Notes under the pieces: model-generated
Databases searched by the model: none
Seen by the model: the letters and a program-made list of their open reading frames with translations, nothing else
Told to the model about the DNA's origin: nothing
Translations under genes and position numbers: made by a program
Assembly: GCA_025999335.1 (NCBI GenBank)
Contig: AP024681.1
Span: 78,642 to 142,641, forward strand
Direction: 5' to 3'
Source: Candidatus Parcubacteria bacterium
Lineage (GTDB): Bacteria; Patescibacteriota; Minisyncoccia; UBA6257; HR35
DNA: 64,000 nt
Shown: piece after piece, positions 28,860 through 38,971 of the stretch
Layout: every line of letters begins with the position of its first letter
Position numbering within the stretch: position 1 is the stretch's first letter

Positions 28860-29059
28860 TGTTAATAAAAAAATTAATATTATATCTTATTTTAATAATA
28901 TCAAAGAATAAAGGAAAATCAATAAAGACACCGAAGTCAATTATTTGTCTGATATTAATTATAATCATATTTTGCTAAATAATCTTTAAATATTTTTATT
29001 AATAAAAATAAAAAACGAAAATTTATTTATAATTGCAATAGTGAAAATAATTTCAATAA

Positions 29060-29713
29060 TTATTTTAAAAATTTATCTAATTTTTCCTTTAGATCAGTAA
29101 ATAAAATAAAACCGCTAATAACCTCCTTATTGTTTATAATTAAAGTCGGCGTTCGTCGAACACCTTTTTGCAAACCTTCTTGATAATCTTGTTCAACCTT
29201 ATTTTTATAGCGACGTTCATTAAAACATTTTTTGAAATCATCTAAATTTAAATGTAATTCGGAAACAATATTGAAATATAAATTAGATGATAAATAAGCT
29301 TGATTTTCAAATAATTTATCAACAAACAACCAAAACGCTTCTTCACCGCCCTGTTCTTTAACGCATTCGGATGCTTCCGCCGCAAAACGTGCATTTTTAT
29401 GAATTCTATCAATAGGCAAATGCTTAAAGATAATTTTAATTTTATAAGGATAAGCAGAAATCAACTGTTTAATAGTAATGTGCATTAAAGCACAAAATGG
29501 GCATTCTAAATCTGAATAAAGAGTCAGAGTAAGGCTATTATCAGATTGAGCAATTTTTTTAAAAAAATCTTGATCATAAGGAAACTGTAAGTTTTTTTTA
29601 GCTTTAATATATGCTTCATTAACAACAATAAGACCTAACATTATTAAAATGCCGACAGTAATAATAAAAAAATGACGAATATTTTTCATATAAAATAAAA
29701 AGTTTATTTGCAA
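29060..29713 (-). CDS. DsbA-like thioredoxin-fold thiol:disulfide oxidoreductase
   Basis: 217 aa; N-terminal TM anchor, CPFC active site. Confidence 0.6.
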   Translation of the reverse strand: MQINFLFYMKNIRHFFIITVGILIMLGLIVVNEAYIKAKKNLQFPYDQDFFKKIAQSDNSLTLTLYSDLECPFCALMHITIKQLISAYPYKIKIIFKHLPIDRIHKNARFAAEASECVKEQGGEEAFWLFVDKLFENQAYLSSNLYFNIVSELHLNLDDFKKCFNERRYKNKVEQDYQEGLQKGVRRTPTLIINNKEVISGFILFTDLKEKLDKFLK

Positions 29714-30087
29714 ATAGCAATAACATCAATTTCAATCAATGCTTTCAAAGGCAAATCTTTTACAACAATAGTAGTTCTCGCTGGTAAATGTTTTTTAAAA
29801 AATTTAATATATTCTTCATTAACTATTTTGAAATCTTTAATATTTTTAATAAAAATATTAACTTTCAAAACTTTATCTAAATCACTATTGCCGGCATTTA
29901 GAATATGCTTAATATTCAACAAAGCTTGTTCGGTTTGTCGACGAATGCCTTTAACCAACAAATTGGTTCGTGGATCAATACCTAATTGACCTGAACAAAA
30001 AATTAATTTGTCATAAATTATTGCTTGACTGTAAGCGCTAACCGGTAAAGGTGCTTTGTTTGTTTTAATCACTTTTATTTTTTTCAT
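29704..30087 (-). CDS. ridA: RidA/YjgF-family reactive intermediate deaminase
   Basis: 127 aa; APLPVSAYSQAIIYDKLIFCSGQLGIDP; downstream of ilvA as in the classical pairing. Confidence 0.8.
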   Translation of the reverse strand: MKKIKVIKTNKAPLPVSAYSQAIIYDKLIFCSGQLGIDPRTNLLVKGIRRQTEQALLNIKHILNAGNSDLDKVLKVNIFIKNIKDFKIVNEEYIKFFKKHLPARTTIVVKDLPLKALIEIDVIAICK

Positions 30088-31340
30088 CTTAATAAATGAA
30101 TATACAAAGGATCATCTAAATTAATTTTTTTAAAATTAAAATTAAATTTCTTAAGATTTTTAATTATATTTTTTAAATCATTTTTATTTTGCAATTCAAT
30201 GCCAACTAAAACTGGACCTTTCTCTTTATTATTATTTTTAATATACTCAAATAATACAATATCGTCATTAGGACCTAAAACATTATTAACGAATTTTTTT
30301 AATTGCCCAGGCTTTTGCGCAAATTCTATCAAAAAATAATGCTTTTTACCTTCATAAATTAAACTCCTTTCTAAAATTTCAGGATATCTTAAAATATCGT
30401 TATTACCGCCAGAAATCAAACAAACAACATTTTTATTAATAATTTGTTTTCTGATTAAATCTAAAATTGATACTGATAATGCTCCCGCCGGTTCAGCAAT
30501 AATACCCTCATTTTGGTATAAATCAATCATTGTCTTGGCCACAGCGCCTTCATCGATAGCATAAAATTTATCAACAAATTTTTTACAGATATTAAAAGTT
30601 ATAGAACCAATTTTTTTAACCGCAACACCATCAACAAAATTGTCTAAATTGTCTAAAGTTATAATTCTATTTTTACGCAAAGAAAGCAACATCGAAGCTG
30701 CGCCCTTGGGTTCAACTCCTATAATTTTAATTTTTGGATTAATATACTTAATGTATCCAGCAATACCCGAAATTAATCCACCTCCACCAACTGGTACAAT
30801 AATATAATCAACATCGGAAAAATTATTTAAAATTTCATAAGCAACAGTACCTTGACCAGCAATCACATCATAGTCATTAAAAGGATGAACAAAAGAAAAT
30901 TTATTTTTTAAAGCAAAATCTTTAGCTATCGTTTCTGTTTCACTAAAATTATTGCCAACAACACGACATTCCACATAACCATCGCCAAAATATTTAATTC
31001 TATTAATTTTTTGAAAAGGCGTTGTTACTGGCACAAAAATTACGCCTTTAATATTTAAGCGCGAACAAGCAAAGGCAACTCCTTGAGCATGATTGCCAGC
31101 TGAAGCTGTCACAACGGTTAAATTTTTAATTTTTTCATTTTTTAAAATGTTTAAAATCTTATTCAATGCTCCTCTTATTTTAAAAGATCTTGTTTTATTT
31201 AAATCCTCTCTTTTTAAATAAATATTGGCTTTAAATAGATACGATAAACGATCGGAAAAATCTAAGGGCGTCTGGTTGATAAATCGATAAATATTTTTTC
31301 TTGCTTCTTCTATCTTAGAAAATAATGGCGATAATTTCAT
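30084..31340 (-). CDS. ilvA: Threonine ammonia-lyase (threonine dehydratase), PLP-dependent with C-terminal regulatory domain
   Basis: 418 aa; PLP-lysine motif TRSFKIRGA, glycine-rich GGGGLISG loop. Confidence 0.8.
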   Translation of the reverse strand: MKLSPLFSKIEEARKNIYRFINQTPLDFSDRLSYLFKANIYLKREDLNKTRSFKIRGALNKILNILKNEKIKNLTVVTASAGNHAQGVAFACSRLNIKGVIFVPVTTPFQKINRIKYFGDGYVECRVVGNNFSETETIAKDFALKNKFSFVHPFNDYDVIAGQGTVAYEILNNFSDVDYIIVPVGGGGLISGIAGYIKYINPKIKIIGVEPKGAASMLLSLRKNRIITLDNLDNFVDGVAVKKIGSITFNICKKFVDKFYAIDEGAVAKTMIDLYQNEGIIAEPAGALSVSILDLIRKQIINKNVVCLISGGNNDILRYPEILERSLIYEGKKHYFLIEFAQKPGQLKKFVNNVLGPNDDIVLFEYIKNNNKEKGPVLVGIELQNKNDLKNIIKNLKKFNFNFKKINLDDPLYIHLLR

Positions 31341-31377
31341 TGCTAACTATAAAAATTAACAAATTAATTAACCGCTT

Positions 31378-32496
31378 TTAAAAAATAAATTGAGAAAATT
31401 TAGCTAAAGTTTTATTGATTGATTTCGTTTTCAAAAAATCATTTCTTAAAATAACCGCCAAATTAAGCCTCTCTTTTAACAAATTATATAATACTTTAAG
31501 ATAATTTTTATATTTTGATGATTTTAAACTTTTTTGCGCAGCCACTAAAACTTCAAAAGCTCCATCATATATAAAGGTGTCATTAAAACCATAAATAGAG
31601 CTTAATTTTATTAATTTTAAGTCTGGCCATAAACTTTTTCCTTTTAAAGAAGTATCCATTATTATTCCTAAAAGAAGAGCAAATAATCCTTTGTAAATTT
31701 TAATATCCTGAACTACATCAAAAGCTTTATATTCAATTAAACCTTTTTGTTTAGGTAAAATTAATTTTTTAACAATCAAATTATCAGCAAATTTATTAAA
31801 TATTTTATCACTCACAACAACCCCAACAACAGCTGGTCTTAAACGTGATCTTAAAAAAGTTCTCACTGATAAACCATGCCATAATTTACCACCATAAAAA
31901 GGAGAAGAATAAGAAAAAGGCACAATAAAAGGAGTATAAAAATTCAATTTTTGTACTATATTAATTACATCTAAATCATCAAAACCATCATTGGCTATAT
32001 TTAAATCAGGACCAAAAGATAAAAGGGTAAATTTATGAGTATGTCTGTCGCGATAAATTTCACGAAAACGTTTTTCATAACGATTCATACTAATTCTAAT
32101 ATTAACTTTCTTGCGAAAAGGATTAAAACTAATAAAAGTTGGACGCATTTTAAACTTTAGCAATTCTTGACGAACATAAAAAAAATCATTTAATAAATTT
32201 TTAAACAAAAAATCAATATCATTACACGGTGGCATTCTTAACTCAAAACCTTTAGGATGATATTTTTTTAAATATCCATCTTGATCAAAAATTTCTAAAC
32301 CTTCAATATATAACCTTTTCGTTTTATATCCTAAACGACTTATTTTTAAAAAAGAATAATCTTCCATATATATGGGAAATTTCTCAACAACTTTAGTCAA
32401 AGAATTAATATTTAAATTAGTGAAATCTAAAAAGTGATTTTTCAAATCTAAAAGAGGTATTTCATGTTCAATACCAAAATAAAATTTTGATAACAT
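31378..32496 (-). CDS. Putative carboxylate-amine ligase (GCS2/YbdK-like)
   Basis: 372 aa; N-terminal FGIEHEIPL resembles GCS2 lGvEeEf motif; weak. Confidence 0.35.
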   Translation of the reverse strand: MLSKFYFGIEHEIPLLDLKNHFLDFTNLNINSLTKVVEKFPIYMEDYSFLKISRLGYKTKRLYIEGLEIFDQDGYLKKYHPKGFELRMPPCNDIDFLFKNLLNDFFYVRQELLKFKMRPTFISFNPFRKKVNIRISMNRYEKRFREIYRDRHTHKFTLLSFGPDLNIANDGFDDLDVINIVQKLNFYTPFIVPFSYSSPFYGGKLWHGLSVRTFLRSRLRPAVVGVVVSDKIFNKFADNLIVKKLILPKQKGLIEYKAFDVVQDIKIYKGLFALLLGIIMDTSLKGKSLWPDLKLIKLSSIYGFNDTFIYDGAFEVLVAAQKSLKSSKYKNYLKVLYNLLKERLNLAVILRNDFLKTKSINKTLAKFSQFIF

Positions 32497-32524
32497 TATT
32501 AAAACTTTAATTTTTAAAATAATT

Positions 32525-32917
32525 TTATTCTTTTAAACAAAAACTATCATTACCTAAAAAAAATAATGCCAAACAACTAAACGCTAAACCCAAAGTAGTC
32601 ACGCCTTCAATTTTGAAAAGATTTAAAGAAAAAAAAGATAAATTTAAAAGATATATAGTTCCTAAAAAACTAAGAAAGCGCATATATATGCCACCTATAA
32701 AACCCAAACCCAAGAAAATAAGAAAAACACCGTTTATAAAAATAATTTTACTTCTCAAAATATCATTAACTTCAATATTTAAATCAGCGATAAAATTTAA
32801 AAAATACTCAGGGATCAACTGTAGCCAATCCTCTTGAAAAAGTAATTGCTGTAAACCAAAATATATAAAAATAAAACCTAAACTTAGCCTTAATAACAAC
32901 TTACCTATATCCGCCAT
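32525..32917 (-). CDS. DoxX-family membrane protein
   Basis: 130 aa, 4 TM; LLRLSLGFIFIYFG matches DoxX N-terminal motif. Confidence 0.45.
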   Translation of the reverse strand: MADIGKLLLRLSLGFIFIYFGLQQLLFQEDWLQLIPEYFLNFIADLNIEVNDILRSKIIFINGVFLIFLGLGFIGGIYMRFLSFLGTIYLLNLSFFSLNLFKIEGVTTLGLAFSCLALFFLGNDSFCLKE

Positions 32918-33154
32918 TAATAAAAAAACATAAACTATCTAAAATTATAAAAATCAAGAACTAATGACTGCAACAATCACAAACGCAAGTGTTATCAGGA
33001 CTATCAGAATGATCGCAGCAATCACAAGAACAAGTTGGATTATCAAATTTCATTATAAATATATAAAAAATACGACGTCGATTTAATTACAGTGTAATTT
33101 TAAGCTAAATTTATTATAACATAGAAAATAAATATATTTTTATCTAAACAAGAC

Positions 33155-33826
33155 TTACCTTCCCCAAAGTTTATCCATAAGAGCATCAAAATTTTCTATA
33201 CGCCCTATAATTTCTATGGTTATTTTTTTAGAACCAAAATGTCTTGCTTTACGTTCATCAAGAAAAAATAAATCAATTCTATCTCCTTTAATAGCTTCAC
33301 CTCTATCAACGGCTATTCCATAACCATAACCTGGAATTTTTAAAACACTTCCTAGAGGAATAACTTCTGGATCAACAGCCACAACGCCGGGCATTGTCAT
33401 TAATCCGCTAAAAGTATGTCCTTTAAGACTATAGGCTGTAGCAATAACTTGTTTTTTTTTAATTTCTACTTCTTTATTTTTAGCTTTAGCTAATTTTTCA
33501 TAATTAGCTATTAACGTTTTAAATTGATTTTCTAAAAATCGCAACTGTTCTTCTGCTGATTTAAAATTGCTTTCTAATTTAGAAAACCGCTCAGCTAACT
33601 CTTCATTTGTCTGCGCAGCATTTTTTAATACTGAATGCAAGTATTCAATATCCTTATTTGCCTCATATTCTTTAGCTCTATAACCTAATTGAAAAGCTAA
33701 AAAACTAGCAAGTAAAATATGAATGATTTTTTTTCGCCTATTTTCTCTTTCGTAGGGATATAAAATATCTTTCCTTCTCATAAAATATAATGAAAAACAA
33801 TTATGCTTTAATAATTTTATTAACAA
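33155..33826 (-). CDS. 3D-domain protein (MltA/YuiC-like) with N-terminal coiled coil
   Basis: 223 aa; C-terminal ATAYSLKGHTFSG...VAVDPEVIPLGSVLKIPGYGYGIAVDRGEAIKGDRIDLFF (three conserved Asp). Confidence 0.6.
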   Translation of the reverse strand: MLIKLLKHNCFSLYFMRRKDILYPYERENRRKKIIHILLASFLAFQLGYRAKEYEANKDIEYLHSVLKNAAQTNEELAERFSKLESNFKSAEEQLRFLENQFKTLIANYEKLAKAKNKEVEIKKKQVIATAYSLKGHTFSGLMTMPGVVAVDPEVIPLGSVLKIPGYGYGIAVDRGEAIKGDRIDLFFLDERKARHFGSKKITIEIIGRIENFDALMDKLWGR

Positions 33827-34457
33827 TAGGCGTTAATGGACATTGATTATGATTATGTTTTTTAGCTGGACAAAAGTCTCTTCCGTATTGCACCAAACGT
33901 AAATTAAAATCTCGCCATTCAGGACCTCGAGGAACAATTTCCATTAAATCCTTTTCAATACGTTCAGGCTTGTCTTCATTGGTTAAATGCAAAATCTTTG
34001 CTAATCTCTTTACATGTGTATCAACAGCAATACCTTCAAAAATATTATAACCTATACTTAAAACTAAATTAGCTGTCTTACGAGCTACACCAGCAAGTTT
34101 TAACATATCTTGCATTGTTCGAGGCACTTTACCATTAAAATTATTTTTTATAATTTTAGCGTTAGTAAGAATATACTTAGCTTTATTTTTATAGAAATTG
34201 ATACTCTTAATATCTTTTTGAAAATCACTTAAAGAAGCCTTGCAATAATCATCTAAAGTTTTATATTTTTTAAAAAGTTTAGCGGTCACTTCGTTAACTT
34301 TTTTATCTGTTGTTTGGGCTGAAAGAATAACTGCCACTAATAATTCCCAAACATTTGAAAAATTTAGAGCTGTCTTAATTTGCGGATAAAGTTCTTTTAA
34401 GCGCTTATTTATTGCTTTAAAAATTTTTTTTCTTTGTTGCAATTGTTTATTAATCAT
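33801..34457 (-). CDS. nth: Endonuclease III
   Basis: 218 aa; HhH-GPD block LVAVILSAQTTDKKVN, catalytic Lys/Asp, C-terminal 4Fe-4S Cys cluster C-x6-C-x2-C-x5-C. Confidence 0.85.
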   Translation of the reverse strand: MINKQLQQRKKIFKAINKRLKELYPQIKTALNFSNVWELLVAVILSAQTTDKKVNEVTAKLFKKYKTLDDYCKASLSDFQKDIKSINFYKNKAKYILTNAKIIKNNFNGKVPRTMQDMLKLAGVARKTANLVLSIGYNIFEGIAVDTHVKRLAKILHLTNEDKPERIEKDLMEIVPRGPEWRDFNLRLVQYGRDFCPAKKHNHNQCPLTPIVNKIIKA

Positions 34458-34489
34458 TTTTTAATTTAATGAAATAATAACCTAATATA

Positions 34490-35824
34490 TTAGCGCTTCG
34501 CTATATTACGCCAGTTTTTAAATAATAAAATAAAATCAGCGACATTAACCGGTAATTTACCAGTTTTAATGCCATCGCCTACTTTAACAAAAAAATTGAA
34601 ACTATCATTGTTAGCTAGATAATTTTCAAGATTAAGTTTATGGTTTTTTGCTTTTATTAATGTTAAACAATCACAAATAGCGCCAGCGAATTTTGTATTA
34701 TCCCAACCATCAGAATTAAGAGCAATGAAAATTATTCCTTCTTTATTCTTCATCGATTTTTCTTTAGTGACATCGGAAAGATGAGAACATAGTTTATGTT
34801 GAGACATTAATTGCAAAAATCTTAAAGCTAATTCTTGATTACGGCCTCCCTGACCCTTGCCTTTTATCTTAACAGTTGTTTCACCGCCAGCAATAATAAA
34901 ATCATATTTTAACCTCTCTGAAAGTTTTAAAAAATATTTAGCTATTTTAACTACATCACCTTTTAAATTATCGCTAATAATTTTACCGCGTAAATTATAA
35001 AATTTTTTAGCAAAAAGTACCATATTTTCTAAAGCTGTTCTATTGCTAAGCACTAAAAAGTTAGATATGTTTTGAAAATAAATTTTTTCTTTCGGTGTTT
35101 CGATCAAATCTTTTTTCTGAATCGATTGAATATTATATTTTTTAATAATCTTTATAGCATCTTTAACTGTCGTTTTATCATAAATAGTTGGACCTGAAGC
35201 TATAAAACTTAAATCGTTACCAGGCACATCTGAAAAAATCAAACTAATAATTTTTGCTGGGTAAAGTATTTTTGCCAAACCACCGCCTTTCATTACATCT
35301 AAATGCTTACGCACAGTATTCATCTCGTAAATATTAGCTCCTGATTTTAATAACTCTTTATTTAACTTAATAAATCGATTCAAACTAACTACAGGATAAG
35401 TCAGCATTGACGAACCGCCACCGCAAACAACAACAAATACTAAATCATTGCTTGTTAACTTATTGACAAAAGTATCTAAAATAGTTTTAGAAAACTTTAA
35501 ATTTTTAAAAGACGGTAAAGGATGAGTGCCGATAAAATATTTTATTTTTCTACCGTTAATTTTATTAAAATCAATAACATAAGCGTTCTTAAAAGAAATT
35601 TTCTTCGCTAATATTTTAATCACTTGCGAAGATCCCTTGCCAAAACCAATTAAATAAATATTTTGATAACGATTGATTATTTTTGAAAATTTCTTTTCTT
35701 TAAACAAATTATCAATGGCTTTTTGATAATCAAGCGATTTTAAACCAAAAGCTATAATATCCAAAGCTATTTTTCTAAAAATAGTCGTTGATAAATTGTT
35801 GTAATTTTTAATTATTGATTTCAT
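34490..35824 (-). CDS. Glycerate 2-kinase (MOFRL family)
   Basis: 444 aa; FIIAGGETTVKIKGKGQGGRNQELALRF MOFRL signature. Confidence 0.65.
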   Translation of the reverse strand: MKSIIKNYNNLSTTIFRKIALDIIAFGLKSLDYQKAIDNLFKEKKFSKIINRYQNIYLIGFGKGSSQVIKILAKKISFKNAYVIDFNKINGRKIKYFIGTHPLPSFKNLKFSKTILDTFVNKLTSNDLVFVVVCGGGSSMLTYPVVSLNRFIKLNKELLKSGANIYEMNTVRKHLDVMKGGGLAKILYPAKIISLIFSDVPGNDLSFIASGPTIYDKTTVKDAIKIIKKYNIQSIQKKDLIETPKEKIYFQNISNFLVLSNRTALENMVLFAKKFYNLRGKIISDNLKGDVVKIAKYFLKLSERLKYDFIIAGGETTVKIKGKGQGGRNQELALRFLQLMSQHKLCSHLSDVTKEKSMKNKEGIIFIALNSDGWDNTKFAGAICDCLTLIKAKNHKLNLENYLANNDSFNFFVKVGDGIKTGKLPVNVADFILLFKNWRNIAKR

Positions 35825-35924
35825 TGAAATTTATTAAATTATATTATATTACAATAATTAATTATTAATTAAAAGGACCAGCTATATTCAATTTCAAGCT
35901 TATCTCTCAATAAAATAATCAAAA

Positions 35925-36992
35925 TCAGTTAGACAAAAATAATTTATTTTGTTTGCTTAAATAAAGAGCTTTGCTAATAATCTTTAAAGTTTCATCATAG
36001 GTTTCTCTATCTAAAGGATAGGGCGTTCCATCTTTACCACCATAAACAAAAGTATATCGTGCTGGATCTTCAAAAGATGGTTGTGCGCCTAAAATAACTT
36101 CGGTCAATAAAGACAGCGCTCTTATAGTTCTTGAACCAACTCCCGGCATTAACAATAAATCATTTATTGATGAAGGCTTAAATGACTGCAAGCAGTTTAT
36201 TGTTTTAATTATTTTCTTTGTATCAAATCTTTCTTCAATAACCGGATGATAGGAAAATTCAATGTTAGGTAAAAATAAACTTTTTTGATGTTTGTTAAAA
36301 ATTTGTTCAAAATAATAAGATAATTTTTGTTCTTCGTTTATGATTTTAATCATTCCTTCCTTGTTAGATTTGCTTTTTTTAGAAACTAAATTTAAAACTT
36401 TCTTTATCAAAGTTGAAGAGATAATGCCTGAATGAGGTTCTTCGGTAAAACTATTTATTTGTTCGGAAAGCCAGTGATATCTTCGTGCAGCATTCATTTC
36501 TATGTTCATACCCTGCTGAACTACTGCCCAACAACCAGATTGTTCAACAATAAAAGAATGAAAATATAGATTAAACCCATCTTGAATCAAATTATTATCT
36601 ACCTTAGCAACTAATTTAGAAATAGTGGCTAACTTATCGCCGTTCAAACCGGTTTTTTCACCTATATAAAGTAATTCCTGAGGAGTTTTTCTTGAAGCCT
36701 TACCCTTGCCACCGGCTAAATAAACTCCTAACTCCTTTTCTAAGCCCTTAAGACCGTTCTTTAAAGCTCCTAAAGTAATAGTAGTTGTACCACTGCTATT
36801 CCAATCCATACCAATAGCACAACTAAGACTTTGAAACCACACTGGATCCGCAAGTCTTCTAACTAACTCTTTAGAGCCAAATTCATCAACAATAATAAGA
36901 GCCACATATCTCATTAACCGCGACATACGAACGAATAACCACTGCGGTACTTTACCGCTATCTAAAGGCAAAGTAGCTATTCCGGTTTTCAT
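35925..36992 (-). CDS. DUF763-family protein
   Basis: 355 aa; N-terminal MKTGIATLPLDSGKVPQWLFVRM resembles remembered DUF763 start; C-terminal HhH-like PGVGSRTIRAL. Confidence 0.45.
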   Translation of the reverse strand: MKTGIATLPLDSGKVPQWLFVRMSRLMRYVALIIVDEFGSKELVRRLADPVWFQSLSCAIGMDWNSSGTTTITLGALKNGLKGLEKELGVYLAGGKGKASRKTPQELLYIGEKTGLNGDKLATISKLVAKVDNNLIQDGFNLYFHSFIVEQSGCWAVVQQGMNIEMNAARRYHWLSEQINSFTEEPHSGIISSTLIKKVLNLVSKKSKSNKEGMIKIINEEQKLSYYFEQIFNKHQKSLFLPNIEFSYHPVIEERFDTKKIIKTINCLQSFKPSSINDLLLMPGVGSRTIRALSLLTEVILGAQPSFEDPARYTFVYGGKDGTPYPLDRETYDETLKIISKALYLSKQNKLFLSN

Positions 36993-37110
36993 TACTTTTT
37001 AATTATACATCGTCTTATCATTAAATTAAACATTGACTAAACTATCGAAATATTAACGAAAATTTAAAAGCAAAGACAATAAAAATAGTATTAAACTAAA
37101 AATATCTTAC

Positions 37111-37677
37111 CTATTGGGTAACTCGCCTAACATATTCACCTGTTTCAGTATTTACTTCAATAACATCTGATTCTTCAATGAATAATGGAGCTTGAATTTC
37201 CGTACCTGTTTCTAAAATAACCGGTTTTGTTCCAGGTGTCTCTCGTCCACCCTTAATGCCTGGCGGCGCCGAGATTACTTTAAGATGAATCTTAAGAGGC
37301 ATTTCAATATTAATTAGTTTTTCTTCAAAAAATATCCCGGTTACAGTATCATTTTGTTTTAAAAAATTTGCTTTTGTGCCTAAAATATCTTTTTTAAGTT
37401 CAAATCTTTGAGAGGGATTGTTTGGAGAACAAAAATAAAAAATATTATTTTTTGAGTACAAAAATCTTATATTTTCTCTTTCAATCTCAGCTTCTTCAAT
37501 ATCGTCACCAGCATGAAAAGTCTTAGTTATTACTTTGCCCGTGATTAAATTTCTTAATTTTGCTTGAGTTGTTGATTGTCCTCTACCTTTAAAAACATAA
37601 TTAGTCTCAATAACTTCGTAAGGTTCTTTATTCAAAACTATTCTTAATCGTGGTTTTAAATCTGTATGTTCTAACAT
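37111..37677 (-). CDS. efp: Elongation factor P
   Basis: 188 aa; KPRLRIVLNKEPYEVIETNYVFKGRGQSTTQAKLRNLITGK matches EF-P KOW domain with modified-Lys loop. Confidence 0.85.
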   Translation of the reverse strand: MLEHTDLKPRLRIVLNKEPYEVIETNYVFKGRGQSTTQAKLRNLITGKVITKTFHAGDDIEEAEIERENIRFLYSKNNIFYFCSPNNPSQRFELKKDILGTKANFLKQNDTVTGIFFEEKLINIEMPLKIHLKVISAPPGIKGGRETPGTKPVILETGTEIQAPLFIEESDVIEVNTETGEYVRRVTQ

Positions 37678-37770
37678 TGGTTAAGTCTAATTATCGCAAA
37701 TATTATTTTTACGCCAATCCACGCGTGTTCTTAAGTAATTCGCGCTAATTCAAGGTATAATAATTATATC

Positions 37771-38091
37771 ATGATTTCTTTTGACGATTTTCAAAAAATT
37801 GATTTAAGAGTTGCTAAAATTCTTAATGCAGAAAAAATTGAAAATAGCGATAAATTAATCAAATTAATAATTGATCTCGGATCAGAAAAAAGAACAATTG
37901 TTGCTGGTATTGGTAAAAAATATACTCCCAAGGATCTTATTAATAAACTTGTTGTTATCGTTGCTAACTTAGAGCCAAAAAATATTAAAGGCATTCAAAG
38001 CGAAGGAATGCTTTTAGCAGTTGATAGTCAAAATGGACCTGTTTTAATAACTCCTTTAGAGGAAGTTGGAGTTGGCGAAAAAGTAAAATAA
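37771..38091 (+). CDS. tRNA-binding protein (Trbp111/CsaA, MetRS C-terminal-like OB fold)
   Basis: 106 aa; FQKIDLRVAKILNAEKIENSDKLIKLIIDLG...EGMLLAV. Confidence 0.7.
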   Translation: MISFDDFQKIDLRVAKILNAEKIENSDKLIKLIIDLGSEKRTIVAGIGKKYTPKDLINKLVVIVANLEPKNIKGIQSEGMLLAVDSQNGPVLITPLEEVGVGEKVK

Positions 38092-38193
38092 TTACTCCAA
38101 TAATCTAAATTTAAATGATAACAAGTATATTTTATTTTCTGGCTTCTCAATTATCTTTTGCAATTCATTAATAACACCAATTATAAAAAATAT

Positions 38194-38952
38194 CTAAACG
38201 ATAGGCGTTAAAACTTCATTTTTGTTATCTAAAATAACTATTGTTGCCTCAAAATGAACGCCCACCTTACCATCAGAAGTTCTAAAAACATACTCATCAA
38301 CTTCTTCGGCAACATCTGAAGAAAAGGATGCCATTGGTTCAATGGCTAGAAACATTTTTGGTTTTAACTTTGGTCCTTCATTGGGATTACCAAAATTAAG
38401 AACCTGCAAATCTCCATGAAGATAATTACCAATATCATGACCACATAAATTTTTAATAGCCTTAAAACCAGCATCTTCAATCGTACTTTCAATAACCCAA
38501 CCAATATCACCTAAAGTGTTATTAGGCAAAGCTACGGCAATAGCATTTTTTAAGGCTTGACAGGTAACATCAATTAATTGTTTAACATCTTTGCTAACCT
38601 CACCAATTGTTAAAGTTAACGCCGCATCTGCGTAAAAACCTTTATACTTGACGCCCAAGTCAAGTTTAACAACATCGCCGTCTTTAATAAATTTATTCTT
38701 TTCTGGATAACCATGAACTAAAATATCATTTAAAGAAACACATATATTATAAGGATAAGGTTTGTTTGCAAACGGTGCTTGGTAATTTTTAAATGCTGGT
38801 TCACCGCCATAATCTTTAATCACAGTAGCAGCTAAATCATCAATCTGACTTAATTCCATACCTTCTTTAATTTCTTTCTTTAAGGTTAATAAACTTTGGG
38901 TTAAGATAAACCCTGCTTGCTTCATAAGATTGTATTGAAAATCAAAATCCAT
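38194..38952 (-). CDS. map: Methionine aminopeptidase type I
   Basis: 252 aa; HGYPEKNKFIKDGDVVKLDLGVKYKGFYAD metal-ligand block. Confidence 0.85.
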   Translation of the reverse strand: MDFDFQYNLMKQAGFILTQSLLTLKKEIKEGMELSQIDDLAATVIKDYGGEPAFKNYQAPFANKPYPYNICVSLNDILVHGYPEKNKFIKDGDVVKLDLGVKYKGFYADAALTLTIGEVSKDVKQLIDVTCQALKNAIAVALPNNTLGDIGWVIESTIEDAGFKAIKNLCGHDIGNYLHGDLQVLNFGNPNEGPKLKPKMFLAIEPMASFSSDVAEEVDEYVFRTSDGKVGVHFEATIVILDNKNEVLTPIV

Positions 38953-38971
38953 TGAAGGTAGCCAAATATGG

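Noticed and set aside
29708-32837. ORFs 29708-29989 (+) and 32613-32837 (+)
   Set aside because: Antisense to ridA and the DoxX gene; Lys/Ile-rich low-complexity.
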